64,000 bases of DNA from an uncultured Planctomycetaceae bacterium (GCA_963833985.1 CAWIAD010000002.1:352001-416000); one strand, 5' to 3'; counted from the stretch's first letter, positions 29,754-40,555 are shown. Numbers and translations: made by a program. Notes: generated by a model from the letters alone, not told the origin.

Positions 29754-32691
29754 TCAGACGGAGATGTTCGGGACCGCCATCCGTTCACGCCGGGCGGGCT
29801 GGGAGTGCCTGGGGGCAAGAACCTCGCGTGATCGGCGCAGCAGCCAGTGGCCGCAAGGGACGAGCAGAGGACGGACCAGCAAGGCATCAACGGTGATGCC
29901 AACCACCAGGGCAAACCCGAGTTGCCGCAACGAGGCTCAGAGGGCTCGAGAGAAAGGACGCGAAGCTGCATGCCGTGATCGCCGCGGCCGAACTGATCAG
30001 GCCGCCCGTCCCGCCGATCGCGCGAACGATTCCGCCCCGGAAGCCGTGACGATGCGTCTCTTCCTGGAGCCGGGTCATGAGGAAGACGTTGTAATCGACT
30101 CCGACGGCGACGAGCAACACGAAGAGAAAGTAAGGAACTTTCCAGTCCAGGCCCTCTGCGCCCAGGGCGGTCACGAAGAGGAGGTGCGTCGCCCCCAGGG
30201 CAAACGCGTAGGTCAGCACCATGGTGGCGACGAGGTTGAAGCACGACCAGGGATCACGCAGGGCGACCAGCAGGACGAGGAACACGCCGATGGGCACGAC
30301 GAACCAGCTTTGCACCTGGTCGGAGTAGGTGAGCGCGCGGATGTCGGCCTGCTCCGCGTTGGCACCAGCGATCGAGGCGGTGACATGTAGTCCCTCGTAC
30401 TCGCTCAGATATTCTTTGAGCCGCCTTCGTAATGTCTCTACCTGATCCATCGACGGGTCGGAGAAGACCCGGTTCGACTGGGTCAAATCGATGCGCGCCT
30501 GCCGGCCGTCGGGCGTGATGTAGACATCGAAGCTCTTCAGCAGCTCGGGGTTGTCGCGCACCGTTTCCGGCGTGATCAGCAAACGATCCAGAACGCGCTG
30601 GCCGACCGGATCGTTGAGAATCGCCGTGACCTCGTGGTGAGCGCGCTCTGCACCCCTGGCAATTTGCTCGGCGCCGTCGGCAGCGCGCGTCAGCTCGGCA
30701 AGCAGGGTTTCGGCCGGAACTGCTGGCCGTGTGAGCGCAGGGGCTGTTCCGGCGGCCGCGTGTGTTCGCTCATGCTCCGCGCCGGACCGACGGGTCGGAG
30801 CTGCCGGCGGGAGCCGCGGAGCGGGCACCCGGAATCGAACCGGTGTTTTCGCCGGCACCGGCCACCAGGGTGAATGCCTTGCCCAGCCCGGCGAGATCCC
30901 ATGGAGGAACGCCCTGGGTGAGTGAAAGCGCCGCGGATGCGCCCCTGAGGCCGGAAGCAAGCGCGGAGGCCGGCGCAACGGACGGACTTGCGGGAGTTGC
31001 TTGCGGGGCCTTTTCCGGAGCGTCGTGACCTGCGGTCTTCGCCGGCCTGCCACGTCCGGCTGTGCCCGTCAGGTTCATGCCGGTCTGCTGCTCCAGCCAG
31101 ACGACGGCGCGGAGCTTCGCCGAACCTTCGATCAGTCCCTGGTTGAGTTGCCTGGCTCCATCGGCAAGCTGGCGAAAGCCATGGTTCACCTCGCCCAGCC
31201 GCGATACCAGCCTGGCGCGATTCAGGAGCTCGGGACTGCCCAGCGGCTGGGTTGCCGAACGGACCTCGGCCAGGCGCCGCTGGTGCGAGAGCAGCCGGCT
31301 CACGTCGTCGATGAGCGTCAGACCCTCGGACCGCCGCAGGTCCGTGTCCGATTCCAGCACGATGGTCAGCGGAGCGGCCATTCCGGAGCCGAACTTCGAG
31401 GCCATCAGCAGCAGGTTCTCGCCTGACTTCGTGTGCCGGGGAAGTTCGGCCAGCAGATCCATCGTGAAGTGGCTGCGCAATCCCAGCGCGGCCAGGGGCA
31501 GCAGCGCCACCAACGTGAACGCCCAGCTGCGCAGGGGCGCGCCATGGCCGCTTGCCCCAGCTTGAACCAGAAGCCGCCCGATGGCTGGGAGAACCGGTCG
31601 AACGAACCGGGACGCCAGCGCGCCAGCAGCACCAGCAGTGAAGGCGTGAGGGTGAGCGTCGCCAGCAGGGAGAGGGCCAGGCCCAGGGCCACGCTCGGTC
31701 CGGTGGTCGAGAAGAGCTTGAATCGGGTCGTGCCCATGAGCGCAAGACCGATGATGATCGTCCCGGCGCTTGTCACCAGCGGCATGAACGAGCGGCTCAG
31801 CGTCTGCCTCATCACGCCCGCCGGGTTTTCGGCATTGAAGTGCTCGGCGAACCTCCAGGAAAGGAAGAGGCAGAAGTCGGTCCCGGTACCGAAGAGGAGT
31901 GCGACGAGGAAAAGCTCGACCAGCGGCGAGAGTTCCCAGCCCGCCTTGCTCAACCACGCCAGCAGCCCACGCGCGATGATCAGGCTGATGCCAATCGTCG
32001 CCAGCGGAACCATGGCCAGCAGGAACGACCGGTAGACCAGCAGCAGGACAATCAGGAGCAACGCCACGGTTGCAACGGCTGCGCGGTCGAGGGAGACCTG
32101 GACCTGGGCCATGTAATCGCGGCCGATCACCGCGTCGCCGGTCCAGCGTAGCTCCAGGCCAGAGACCCCCGGAGTCTGACCCAGGAGCCTTTCCGCCTGC
32201 GATTGCAGCCAGGCAATCGCGCAATGCGCAGTGGGCGAGACGTGCGAGGAATCCAGCGGCAGCACCAGCAGGCTGAGCGTGCCGTCCCGGCTGACCAGAC
32301 GCTCGGCAACCTCGGCGGGAGACTGGGGCCCCAGCACCCGAAGCAGGTCCGCTGGTCGATCCTGCGCGCTCAACCGCCGGCTCAGGCGGACCGCGAACTC
32401 CCGGTCGGCATCGGTCAAACCGGCCGGCCGGTACAGCTCAAGAACCGCCGCCGACTCGTACGACTGGTCTGGCCAGGCGCGCCGGATCATTTCCGCCGCG
32501 CGGCGGCTTTCGGACTCCTCGCCCAGCAGCTTGGACTGGCCCTCCGCGGCCAGCCGTGTCAGGTTCGGAGAACCCGCCCCGACGGCGAGCGCAAGAAGGA
32601 TCCAGAAAATGGCGACCCATGCCGGTCGACGGCTCAGGATATCGAGGGCTTTGTCCGGCCACATGGATAGGGCTCCTGCTTCCGTCATCAC
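29754..32691 (-). CDS. MMPL/RND-family transporter (at least three apparent frameshifts)
   Basis: GTGTDFCLFL..RFAE, TSAGTIIIGL, AVGVDYNVFLMTRLQEE, GGLISSAAAI, spread across ORFs 31405-32691, 30770-32224 and 29887-31053. Confidence 0.88.
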
Positions 32692-33078
32692 GCACTTGCC
32701 GTGTCCGATCCTTCGGACATTTCCGGCTGGAGCACGCGGTTATCTCTGAACAATGGAGCAGGCACAGGACGTGCCGATGATCCATCCGGGCGGGTTGAGC
32801 CAAAGGCCTACCTCGTCAAACTCTCCCGACTATAGCCAGATCACCATCTCCAATCAATGCAAGAAAGTCATCAGCCTGTCCGCGCAAGGGATCGAGGCGC
32901 CGTCCTTGCCGGATGCGCAAGTCCAGGCGAAGTTGAGCCTTGATTCATGACTGCTGGCGCGGGGGAAAACCTCCCATGATGGCAATCGAGAGCGCGCGCC
33001 GGCACGCTGGCCGTAGCCGAGCGGCCGGTGCGGCGATTTCGGAGTCGCGCGACGACGCCAGGGTCAACCCGCGCTCGC

Positions 33079-34794
33079 TCACAGAGAACCGAATTGGTCC
33101 TTGCCCGGGTTCGTCCAGGCGGTGAGCTTGCGCCCTTGCTCAGGCTCGTCAGCCAGGCCAGGGCCAATGAGGCCATTCCCAGCGCGATGTAGTCGAGCCC
33201 CGCCACGAGCACTCTCAGGTATCGATACGCCAGCCAGCCCGACCAGAGGGCCCAGCAAGTAAGAATGGCTCCGGCGGCCGCGAGCGATCCACGGTGCTTC
33301 AGCAGCCAGCCGTAGGCCGCCAGCACAAGGCACATGACAGGCGGGTAGATCCACCTTGCCAGCGGCGGGACCTGGTCTTCCATTCCGCCGTCGGGCCTGA
33401 CCAGCAAGGCGATGCATCCCAGCAGAGCCAGCAGCGCACCATAGTTCCGGCACCAGCGCCCGAGGGCATCTTCACAGACCGCGCCCAGCGCCAGGAGAGC
33501 AAACAAGGCCACGTGGTAGCCAAGCGGCAAACGATACGGCAACGGCGCTCCGCCGATACGCCCCGTCAAGGTGGCAGCGACCAGGCAGCCCACTGCAAGG
33601 AGACAGAACCAGCGGTCGCGCCGGATGACTGCGATCGCGAACAGCAGACCGGAAACCACGGCCATCGGTAGAAACCGCGGCGCTGCCAGCCGGCCGAGAT
33701 CCCGAGTACTCGGGTCGACGACCGCAAGGCCCAGCAGTGCAAGGGTCAGAGCGAAGGCGGCCAGCGAGGCGCGCCGCGTCCAGGCGTAGGCATAGTACCC
33801 GGCTGCGGCAACCAGTGTCAGGAAGAGCGGCGTGCCGCCCAGCCGTGCGCTGAACTCTGCCAGGAACGCCTGGTATGTGGGCTCGGGACGGTGACCGACG
33901 GCGGCCAGCACGACCAGAAGAGCCGGCAAAGCCAGCGCCAGACGCACGATGGTGGGCTGTCGCTCCACCAGGCCGATCTCGAGCAGGAGCACGGCCACGG
34001 CCAGCAAGAAGGGCACCAGGAAATAGGGCCCGAAGATGTAGGGCTCCGCCGCTTCAAGCTGGAGGTGGTGCATGGACCAGCACAGCAGCGCCGAGCGTGC
34101 CATGACGGCGAAGCCGAGCACGCCAAAGAGTGTCCAGGGGTACCAGGCCCAGGGCCAGGGACTGCCGTTGCCCTGGACGTGGTTCCGGCCCCGGCGAACG
34201 GCCGGCAGCAGCGACAGCGCGACCAGTCCGGCCACCGGTGAGAACCCGTAGAGCGCCCAGCTCGAGCCCGGCACTTCGCGGCTGGTCCAGCAGCGGAACC
34301 AGCGCCACCGGGTACAGGAAGAAATGTGCAAGTATCAGCAAATAAGGGATACGAAAGGCCAGCGGCAGCGCCAGGCGGCAGCCGCGGAGCATCCCCTCGC
34401 TGACCGCAACGGCAAACGCCAGACCGCCCACGAAACAGGCGCTGCCACGACTCGGGGCCACGGCCAGCACCTGGTCGAAGGTGACGGACGTCGCCAGGAA
34501 CATGAGCACCGAGAGCAGCAGCACGGTCCGCACGTCGTCCCAGACGCCGAGGAGCCGCACCAGCAGGCACGCTGTCACCGCCAGTAGCAGCGTGTAGCTG
34601 CTCAGGCCGGCCGCGAGCGCCCATGTCTGTGCGGGCTCGGCCTGGCCACCGAACGAGACCCAGAGCCCCAGACACACCAGCATGGCGCTGAGGACGTAGA
34701 ACGGGTTGTTGCACGTCAGCCAGCGGATCAGCCCACGTGAGCCGCCGAGCGCCGGTGAGGACGAAGAAATGCACGCGTCGGTAAGAACGGTCAT
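33079..34794 (-). CDS. Polytopic membrane protein of unknown function (frameshifted)
   Basis: NNPFYVLSAMLV N-terminus; many TM segments across ORFs 34054-34884 and 32871-34331. Both ends are approximate. Confidence 0.7.
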
Positions 34795-34955
34795 GATGAT
34801 GGCCCCTTGATGTGATCGGGTCGGGACCGGGGCAAGACAGGAAATGACGGATGGGCTCCAGTCCCGTGCCTGCATCATAGCCAACCTGCGACAACTGTCG
34901 CAAGAGGCTCATGGATCAGCTTGCCGCAAGCAAGCGGTGGGGCCCCACGGCTGGC

Positions 34956-36299
34956 TCAGTCGTGCCGGGCCGGCAGCGGCGCGGACGCGTTCGCGGGATG
35001 GTAGCTGTTGCAGAAGTCGATCCGTTCACCAATGCTGGGGTGGGAACCACGGAAGACCTTGTAGATCAGCCCCGGGCGGGGGTTACTCAGGTTTTCGTGC
35101 TGGAGCTTGACGAAAGCCGTCGCGGCCGAGTGATTGGCGTGCGTCAGGTCGAGTGCGAAGCGGTCGGCCGCATGCTCCTGGAAGCGGCTGTAGGCCATGG
35201 CCACGGGGGACAGGAACAGGCTGGACACCTCGATCAAGAGCAGAATCAGCGGCACCGCCGCAATGTCCGACAGGCTCTGGAACCGCAGCCGGTGGGCGTA
35301 CCGGGCGATCAGCCAGCGGCCCAGGCGATCGACCACGAACAACCCGGTGAGCGTCAGGAGCGACGAGAGCAGGATCGACCACACCACGTGGCCCATCACG
35401 TAATGCCCCATCTCGTGGCCCATGACCGCGAGGACTTCTTTCTCGTCCAGCCGGTCCAGCAGCGTATCCCAGAGGACGATCCGCTTGGTCCCCAGCACAC
35501 CCGTCACGTAAGCGTTGACCATCCTGGTATCGGCGCTCTTGTCCACTTCGAAGACCCGGCTCCCTTCGATGCCGGCCCTCTGGGCCAGTTCCAGTATCGA
35601 CTGCTCGAGTGCCTGGTTCTTCATCGGCCCGAACTTGTTGAACAGCGGATCGATCCAGATCGGCATCACCAGCACGGTCGAGAACAGGAAGGGTACCGAC
35701 AAGAGCGCTGAGTACAGCCACCAACGCCGCGGCGATCGAGAGAGCAGCAGCAACGGGACCCAGGCGAAGGCGAAGCCCGCCAGCATCTCCACGCCCAGGT
35801 GGAGAACCGATTTCGTGAACCACCGGCCCGGGCTCTGGTTCGAGAGACCGTAAGCGTGCTGGCGCACGAACCCCGCGTAATAGTTCAGGGGCAGGTCAAT
35901 CAGGAAGACGAGCCCCAGGTAGAGCACGACGTACAACCCCACCGAGAGGAACCAGTAGCGGCCCAGCCTGTGCGCCAGGTCACGGAGAGTGGCGGAGAAG
36001 CCAGAGAAGGCCATCGCGGCAGGCACCAGCATGCTCCAGCAGACACCCAGCGCCCACAGCCACATACCGCTTCTGTAATATCGCAGGGCCAGGGGAGAAG
36101 GAGTCGGAACCTCGACGGGACGCTGTTCCATGTCCGTTCTCGCGACGAGGGTTCCAGGATCCGGCACACCGCTCTTGCTCCCTGTGTGCTGTTGAGGTTC
36201 CTCGCTCGGCTGGGCCGCCTGCATGGGAACAAGGGAACCGGCGAGCACGATGAGCAGTACCACTACCAGAGCGACTGGCGCAAGCGACTTCCGATTCAT
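34956..36299 (-). CDS. M48 family (Ste24-like) membrane zinc metallopeptidase
   Basis: NAYVTG..GTKRIVLWDTLL, HEMGH, EHAAD, SHP..GERI; signal peptide and TM helices. Confidence 0.95.
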   Translation of the reverse strand: MNRKSLAPVALVVVLLIVLAGSLVPMQAAQPSEEPQQHTGSKSGVPDPGTLVARTDMEQRPVEVPTPSPLALRYYRSGMWLWALGVCWSMLVPAAMAFSGFSATLRDLAHRLGRYWFLSVGLYVVLYLGLVFLIDLPLNYYAGFVRQHAYGLSNQSPGRWFTKSVLHLGVEMLAGFAFAWVPLLLLSRSPRRWWLYSALLSVPFLFSTVLVMPIWIDPLFNKFGPMKNQALEQSILELAQRAGIEGSRVFEVDKSADTRMVNAYVTGVLGTKRIVLWDTLLDRLDEKEVLAVMGHEMGHYVMGHVVWSILLSSLLTLTGLFVVDRLGRWLIARYAHRLRFQSLSDIAAVPLILLLIEVSSLFLSPVAMAYSRFQEHAADRFALDLTHANHSAATAFVKLQHENLSNPRPGLIYKVFRGSHPSIGERIDFCNSYHPANASAPLPARHD

Positions 36300-36357
36300 C
36301 AAGCCCTGGCCCTTTCTGACGTGGTCCTCGAGCCTTCAGGCGGGCGCGGGCCCTTGA

Positions 36358-37776
36358 TCACTCGATGATCTGGTGGGGCTCTGGCTCGCTGATCGGAGCG
36401 TTCGGCTCCGGCTCACCAAAAACGCGGAGCGAGAGATACCCCAGTGCGGCCGCAAGCGCCGCGCTCAGGGCGCCGAGTACATAGGTGGCGTAACGAAACA
36501 GATTGAGCCTGCGCAGGAACTCCGCGCCCTTCTGGCCTTCGGCGGTCTCGGCGATCTCGGTTTTCTCGGCCAGTTCTTGTTTCAGCTGCACCTGCGACTT
36601 CTGAAGGTCGTCCACCTGAAGTCGCAGCTCGTTGGTCTTCCGGGCGTCGGCCTCATTGCGCTCAGCCTGTGTCCTGACCGTGGCCAGCTCATCGGTCAGC
36701 TTGTCGTTCTTGGACACCAGCTCCTTGGTGCGCAGACCCAGAGTTTCGTTGATCGATTGCAGGGCCGATAGCTGCTTGCGGGCCTCGTCGCGGGCCTTCG
36801 CCGCACGCTCGTATCGCTCGGCGAACTGGGCGGGGTTATCGCTGCCGGCCTTCTCCAGCAAAGTATCGACGGTGAGCCGCTGAGTTCCGGCAACCTGGTC
36901 CACCGACCGCGCCAGGACCTTGAGCGACTCGCCCTGATCTTCGAGCCGGTTGTGAAGCTGGTACAGCCCGAGCACCACACCGACCCCCAGCACGCCCAGG
37001 AACGACCCCAGCATGCTGAAGAGCACAGCGGTCTGGATCTTGTCGCCTGATGGGCCGACGTACTGCGGCGTTGATTGTCGATTGAGCATCTTCAGAAGCT
37101 CCGCCTCGAGACGTGGAGAAAGAATCCCCGTTCCCGATCCCGAGCCCTGTGGGCTGGGAATGTTTTCCAGGTCATTGGCCAGCTTGGCCAGGGCCATTCG
37201 CTCGCTTCGCTCGGCAGTCAGGTAGTAACCTTCGACCTGCGCCACGTTCCCGCCCCGCCACTGGAAGAAGCCGCGGGTCTGCTGGATGGGATCGACGACG
37301 TAGGCCACTTGCAGCTTCTGGGCGAAGAAATGTTGATGAATGAAGACATCGTGGTGCGACAGGAAGATCCCGAAGCTGGGATGCGTGTGGTACCAGCCGA
37401 CGATGTCGAGGTCGGGAAACAGCCGATCGCGCTCGCGAGTGATCTCTTCCCAGGAGTCGTGGGTGTAGGTGAAGCTGGCCTGAGTGTTGGCGTAGTGCTT
37501 GGCCTCGAGGCTTTGTGAGATCCACACAAAGGGCGTGCCCGCCGTCTCGTCCAAGCATTCCTTGCCCAGCAAGATGCCGCCGAGCTCGACCGAGGTATCC
37601 GCCAGCGCGTGCCGCTCGATGGCGTCGGCCGCGTGGTAGTCCAGGAAGATGGGCAGGTCGTCGGCGGCGGGCACCTGATAGGACAGGCAGGCGAAGCGGC
37701 GGTCGCGGTCGGGTCGGAGTAGCCGCACCGGCTCGCGGTACCGGATCTCGTCGAAGACCATCTCATCGCCGCTCAC
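36358..37776 (-). CDS. JAB/JAMM (MPN+) isopeptidase with two TM helices flanking a coiled coil
   Basis: ELGGILLG...VGWYHTHPSFGIFLSHHD (E..HxHx7Sx2D). TM1 VLFSMLGSFLGVLGVGVVLGLY, TM2 YVLGALSAALAAALGYLSL. GTG start overlaps the E1 stop (GTGA). Confidence 0.92.
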   Translation of the reverse strand: MSGDEMVFDEIRYREPVRLLRPDRDRRFACLSYQVPAADDLPIFLDYHAADAIERHALADTSVELGGILLGKECLDETAGTPFVWISQSLEAKHYANTQASFTYTHDSWEEITRERDRLFPDLDIVGWYHTHPSFGIFLSHHDVFIHQHFFAQKLQVAYVVDPIQQTRGFFQWRGGNVAQVEGYYLTAERSERMALAKLANDLENIPSPQGSGSGTGILSPRLEAELLKMLNRQSTPQYVGPSGDKIQTAVLFSMLGSFLGVLGVGVVLGLYQLHNRLEDQGESLKVLARSVDQVAGTQRLTVDTLLEKAGSDNPAQFAERYERAAKARDEARKQLSALQSINETLGLRTKELVSKNDKLTDELATVRTQAERNEADARKTNELRLQVDDLQKSQVQLKQELAEKTEIAETAEGQKGAEFLRRLNLFRYATYVLGALSAALAAALGYLSLRVFGEPEPNAPISEPEPHQIIE

Positions 37777-39101
37777 CGGCCCATCCCCCAGCCGCGCGGG
37801 CGGCCGTCCCGGTCGCCAGCCAGAAGGAAGAAACGGCTTGCTCCGGCACCGTCCACGCGGAGGATATCGTACGCGGGCACGCCAAGGTCCGCCAGCGTGC
37901 GGCCGGCCAGCGGGGAAGTCTCCTGCACGGTGCTGATCAGCTCGGGACGGCCCGTTTCGCGGCAGTTCGGGCATGCGGCCTCGGCTTGCCGAACGCTGGT
38001 GCGCGGCCGCATGATCTCCTGCCGCCCGTCGCATCGCGGGCAATGCACGGAGGTCACCAGCTCACGATCGAGAACCAGGGCGAGTGGTCCTTCCAGCTCG
38101 TCCCGCGCCGCGGCCAGCAGTGCGGCGCAGGTGCTCTGGTGGCCGAGCGGCAGCTCGACCGGGCGGGGATAGGTCTCGTGGCTCAGGCAATCCTCGCGAA
38201 ACGGAAGCTGCGTCGTATAAAACTGATTGCCCACGCCATTGAACACCATCGCCGAACCGGCCGCCACCGGCATCCCATGCAGCAGCTTGAGCGCTTCTTG
38301 AACTTGCAGCGCCGCCATCATCGACGCGATCGTCGGCGCCGTGGGGACCTTGCCCGCCAGGATCTCGTCTCGCTTCAGCAGCGGACAGCTATAACGCAGG
38401 TTCAGAAGCTGGTAATCGCGCTGGGTCATGGCGCACTCGTAGCAGGCCGAATCCGGCGGCACGAAGACCTTCACCACGCCCTGGATCTCCTGGATGCCCG
38501 CGTCGATCCAGGGCGTGCCGGTCTTCCAGCACTGACGGTTGACCCAGAGCCGGGCCTCGCGGTTGTCCAGGCAGCCGATCACCAGGTCGACATCAGCGAA
38601 CAGACCCAGGCCCAGATCGGTGATGACGTCCCCGTGCATCGGCACGATGGTGATGTCCGGATTGAGCTCGCAGGCCCGCCGCGCCGCGGCCTTGGCCTTC
38701 GACTGGCCGGCGTCGTCGGCTCGGAAGAGCACCGAGCGCGACAGGTTCGAGGGCTCGATGACGTCCAGATCGATCAGGTAGGTGGTCCCCACGCCCACCA
38801 GTGCCAGGTTCTTCAAAACCTCGTTGCCCAGCGCGCCGGCTCCGACGACCAGCACCCTGGCGGCAGCCAGCCGGTCTTGCCGCCACCAGGAAATGAGACG
38901 GAGGCGGCCGTAGCGATCTTCATCGTCAATTCGCAGCAGCGCCGGATCGCCGTTCTCACCTTCCGGCGGAACGGCAGACGCGGCCGCCGGGCTCGCGCCG
39001 GGCTCCCGCGCATCGCCGGGTCCTGCCTGTGCCTGACCGCGAATCGATAGGGATGGTTGATCCATCGGACTTGGTTCCCGCCCTGACCCGCGGATCGCCA
39101 T
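37773..39101 (-). CDS. E1-like ubiquitin-activating enzyme (ThiF/MoeB family) with C-terminal zinc ribbon and probable ubiquitin-fold domain
   Basis: DRYGR, VVGAGALGNE, D.IEPSNLSR, CLDNREAR, CYEC, YSC (candidate catalytic Cys), CPRC/CPNC, TLADLGV. ATG overlaps the E2 stop (TAATG). Confidence 0.92.
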   Translation of the reverse strand: MAIRGSGREPSPMDQPSLSIRGQAQAGPGDAREPGASPAAASAVPPEGENGDPALLRIDDEDRYGRLRLISWWRQDRLAAARVLVVGAGALGNEVLKNLALVGVGTTYLIDLDVIEPSNLSRSVLFRADDAGQSKAKAAARRACELNPDITIVPMHGDVITDLGLGLFADVDLVIGCLDNREARLWVNRQCWKTGTPWIDAGIQEIQGVVKVFVPPDSACYECAMTQRDYQLLNLRYSCPLLKRDEILAGKVPTAPTIASMMAALQVQEALKLLHGMPVAAGSAMVFNGVGNQFYTTQLPFREDCLSHETYPRPVELPLGHQSTCAALLAAARDELEGPLALVLDRELVTSVHCPRCDGRQEIMRPRTSVRQAEAACPNCRETGRPELISTVQETSPLAGRTLADLGVPAYDILRVDGAGASRFFLLAGDRDGRPRGWGMGR

Positions 39102-40093
39102 TATTCCAGGAACATAATCTCGTCGTTGCTCTCGAGCGGCCGGGACGGGCGAGGCGGGATCTCATCATCCGTATCGAGGACGATCACATCGTCTGTGATC
39201 GTCTCGACGGGCCGGGCGTTGCGTGGACCCGCGCTGTCCGTGAGACATCGGCCTTCACCGTTCGGGGCGGGAATGGGCAAGCTCGCGGACGCGGTCTGGC
39301 ACGGCGACACGGACACCGCGCTGACGGTTGAGCCTGCCGGGTGGATCGCCGTGACAAGACCGGGGGGCCCGGGAGCCAGCACAGTCGTCGTCGTGACCAG
39401 TTCCGGCTGGCCGGTGATCCCGTCGCCGATCGCCCTGGCGTACCGCTCCATGAACTGGCGCACGCGTCCCACCGGAGAGAGGCTCTCCAGGCCTGAGCCG
39501 GAACCGTTTCGGGCGGCGTGGCCGGCACGCGAGGGCTGCCTTGTCGCGCCGGCCGAGGACCCCCTCGTGCTGCCGTTGACGTCGCTCTCCGCGGCTTCAA
39601 TCCGCCCCTGGGCCGCACGCAGGTCGCGCAATGGCCGGGCGTCGGTGGGGAAGAGGATTGCCGTCTGGTTGGCGACCCAGAGCGCGGCTTCCCGGTTGTA
39701 CGGGCTGCGGATGTCGTAGTTGAAATAGCGGGTCATGTCCCAGAGCATCACGCAGAGCTCGTCTAGCTGGACGCTGGGCACCCAGTGCGTGCCGTAACCG
39801 CCCAGACAGACCATGCCGATCTCCGAGATATTGGGATGGTACACCGGAGTCAGCCAGCGCAGCTCTGGAATGGTCCGGGGATAGGATGCACCAAGCTTGA
39901 TCTCCACGCGGTGGTAAAGGACGAGCTTGACCTTGCCGCGATCACGGCATAACCCCTTACCCTTGTAGGTGACAAGATAGTACGTGGGCGGATTGCCCGT
40001 AGCCTGAAAATCAAAGACCGAACTTTCCGACCGCAGCCTTTCAAGGGCCGTCAGGTCGTTTCTCAGGCGCCGCATGCGTGGGGAGTCGTGCAT
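39101..40093 (-). CDS. E2 ubiquitin-conjugating (UBC-fold) enzyme with long low-complexity tail
   Basis: RRLRNDL...YPRTIPELRWLTPVYHPNISEIGMVCLG...WVPS...SPYNREAA; HPN motif with the catalytic Cys codon at 39806-39808. Start could be 40144. Confidence 0.9.
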   Translation of the reverse strand: MHDSPRMRRLRNDLTALERLRSESSVFDFQATGNPPTYYLVTYKGKGLCRDRGKVKLVLYHRVEIKLGASYPRTIPELRWLTPVYHPNISEIGMVCLGGYGTHWVPSVQLDELCVMLWDMTRYFNYDIRSPYNREAALWVANQTAILFPTDARPLRDLRAAQGRIEAAESDVNGSTRGSSAGATRQPSRAGHAARNGSGSGLESLSPVGRVRQFMERYARAIGDGITGQPELVTTTTVLAPGPPGLVTAIHPAGSTVSAVSVSPCQTASASLPIPAPNGEGRCLTDSAGPRNARPVETITDDVIVLDTDDEIPPRPSRPLESNDEIMFLE

Positions 40094-40261
40094 CGTCTCG
40101 CGGCCACCCGCGGCAAGCGCGGAGCCGACCTCTTGGAGGTACATCGTCTGGCGAAAAGGGAGCTCTGGGGAGGCTGCGGCCGAGGCAGTGAAAACTGTTC
40201 GGGCGAGGCCACAACACCGGGCACCGGGGAATGTCCCGTGCGCCGGTGAACCCCGCCCCGC

Positions 40262-40555
40262 TCAGCCCGCGACCACCTCGGGATAGACGATCAGGTGATC
40301 GCCATTCTGAATTCCAGCCTCAACGAGTGTCCAGTTTTCGAGCAGCCGCCGTCCCCCTTCTTTATGATCCAGCGCGTAGCTCATGGGCTGACCGTCCGGG
40401 CTGGTCGCCGGCAAGTTCATCTTGGTGATGATGTTGGGGATGATCCGGCTAACGGGAACGGTGAAGGCGATAACCGCCTTGACCGACTTGGACCCGGTCT
40501 GATCCAGAAAGGTGACCTGGATCCCGTTGGGATCGGCATTTCCGCCGTATGACAT
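40262..40555 (-). CDS. Ubiquitin-like (beta-grasp, YukD/EsaB-like) protein ending in Gly
   Basis: GGAGGAGG RBS; 97 aa; IQVTFLDQTG...RRLLENWTLVEAGIQNGDHLIVYPEVVAG*. First gene of the E2-E1-JAB run. Confidence 0.85.
   Translation of the reverse strand: MSYGGNADPNGIQVTFLDQTGSKSVKAVIAFTVPVSRIIPNIITKMNLPATSPDGQPMSYALDHKEGGRRLLENWTLVEAGIQNGDHLIVYPEVVAG

Noticed and set aside
37773..39101. Ordinary ThiF/MoeB for thiamine or molybdopterin synthesis
   Set aside because: It is coupled to an E2 and a JAMM gene, has a C-terminal extension, and has no cofactor-biosynthesis neighbours.
40262..40555. Type VII secretion YukD/EsaB component
   Set aside because: No WXG100 or FtsK/EssC genes nearby; the free C-terminal Gly and E2/E1 context favour a modifier role.
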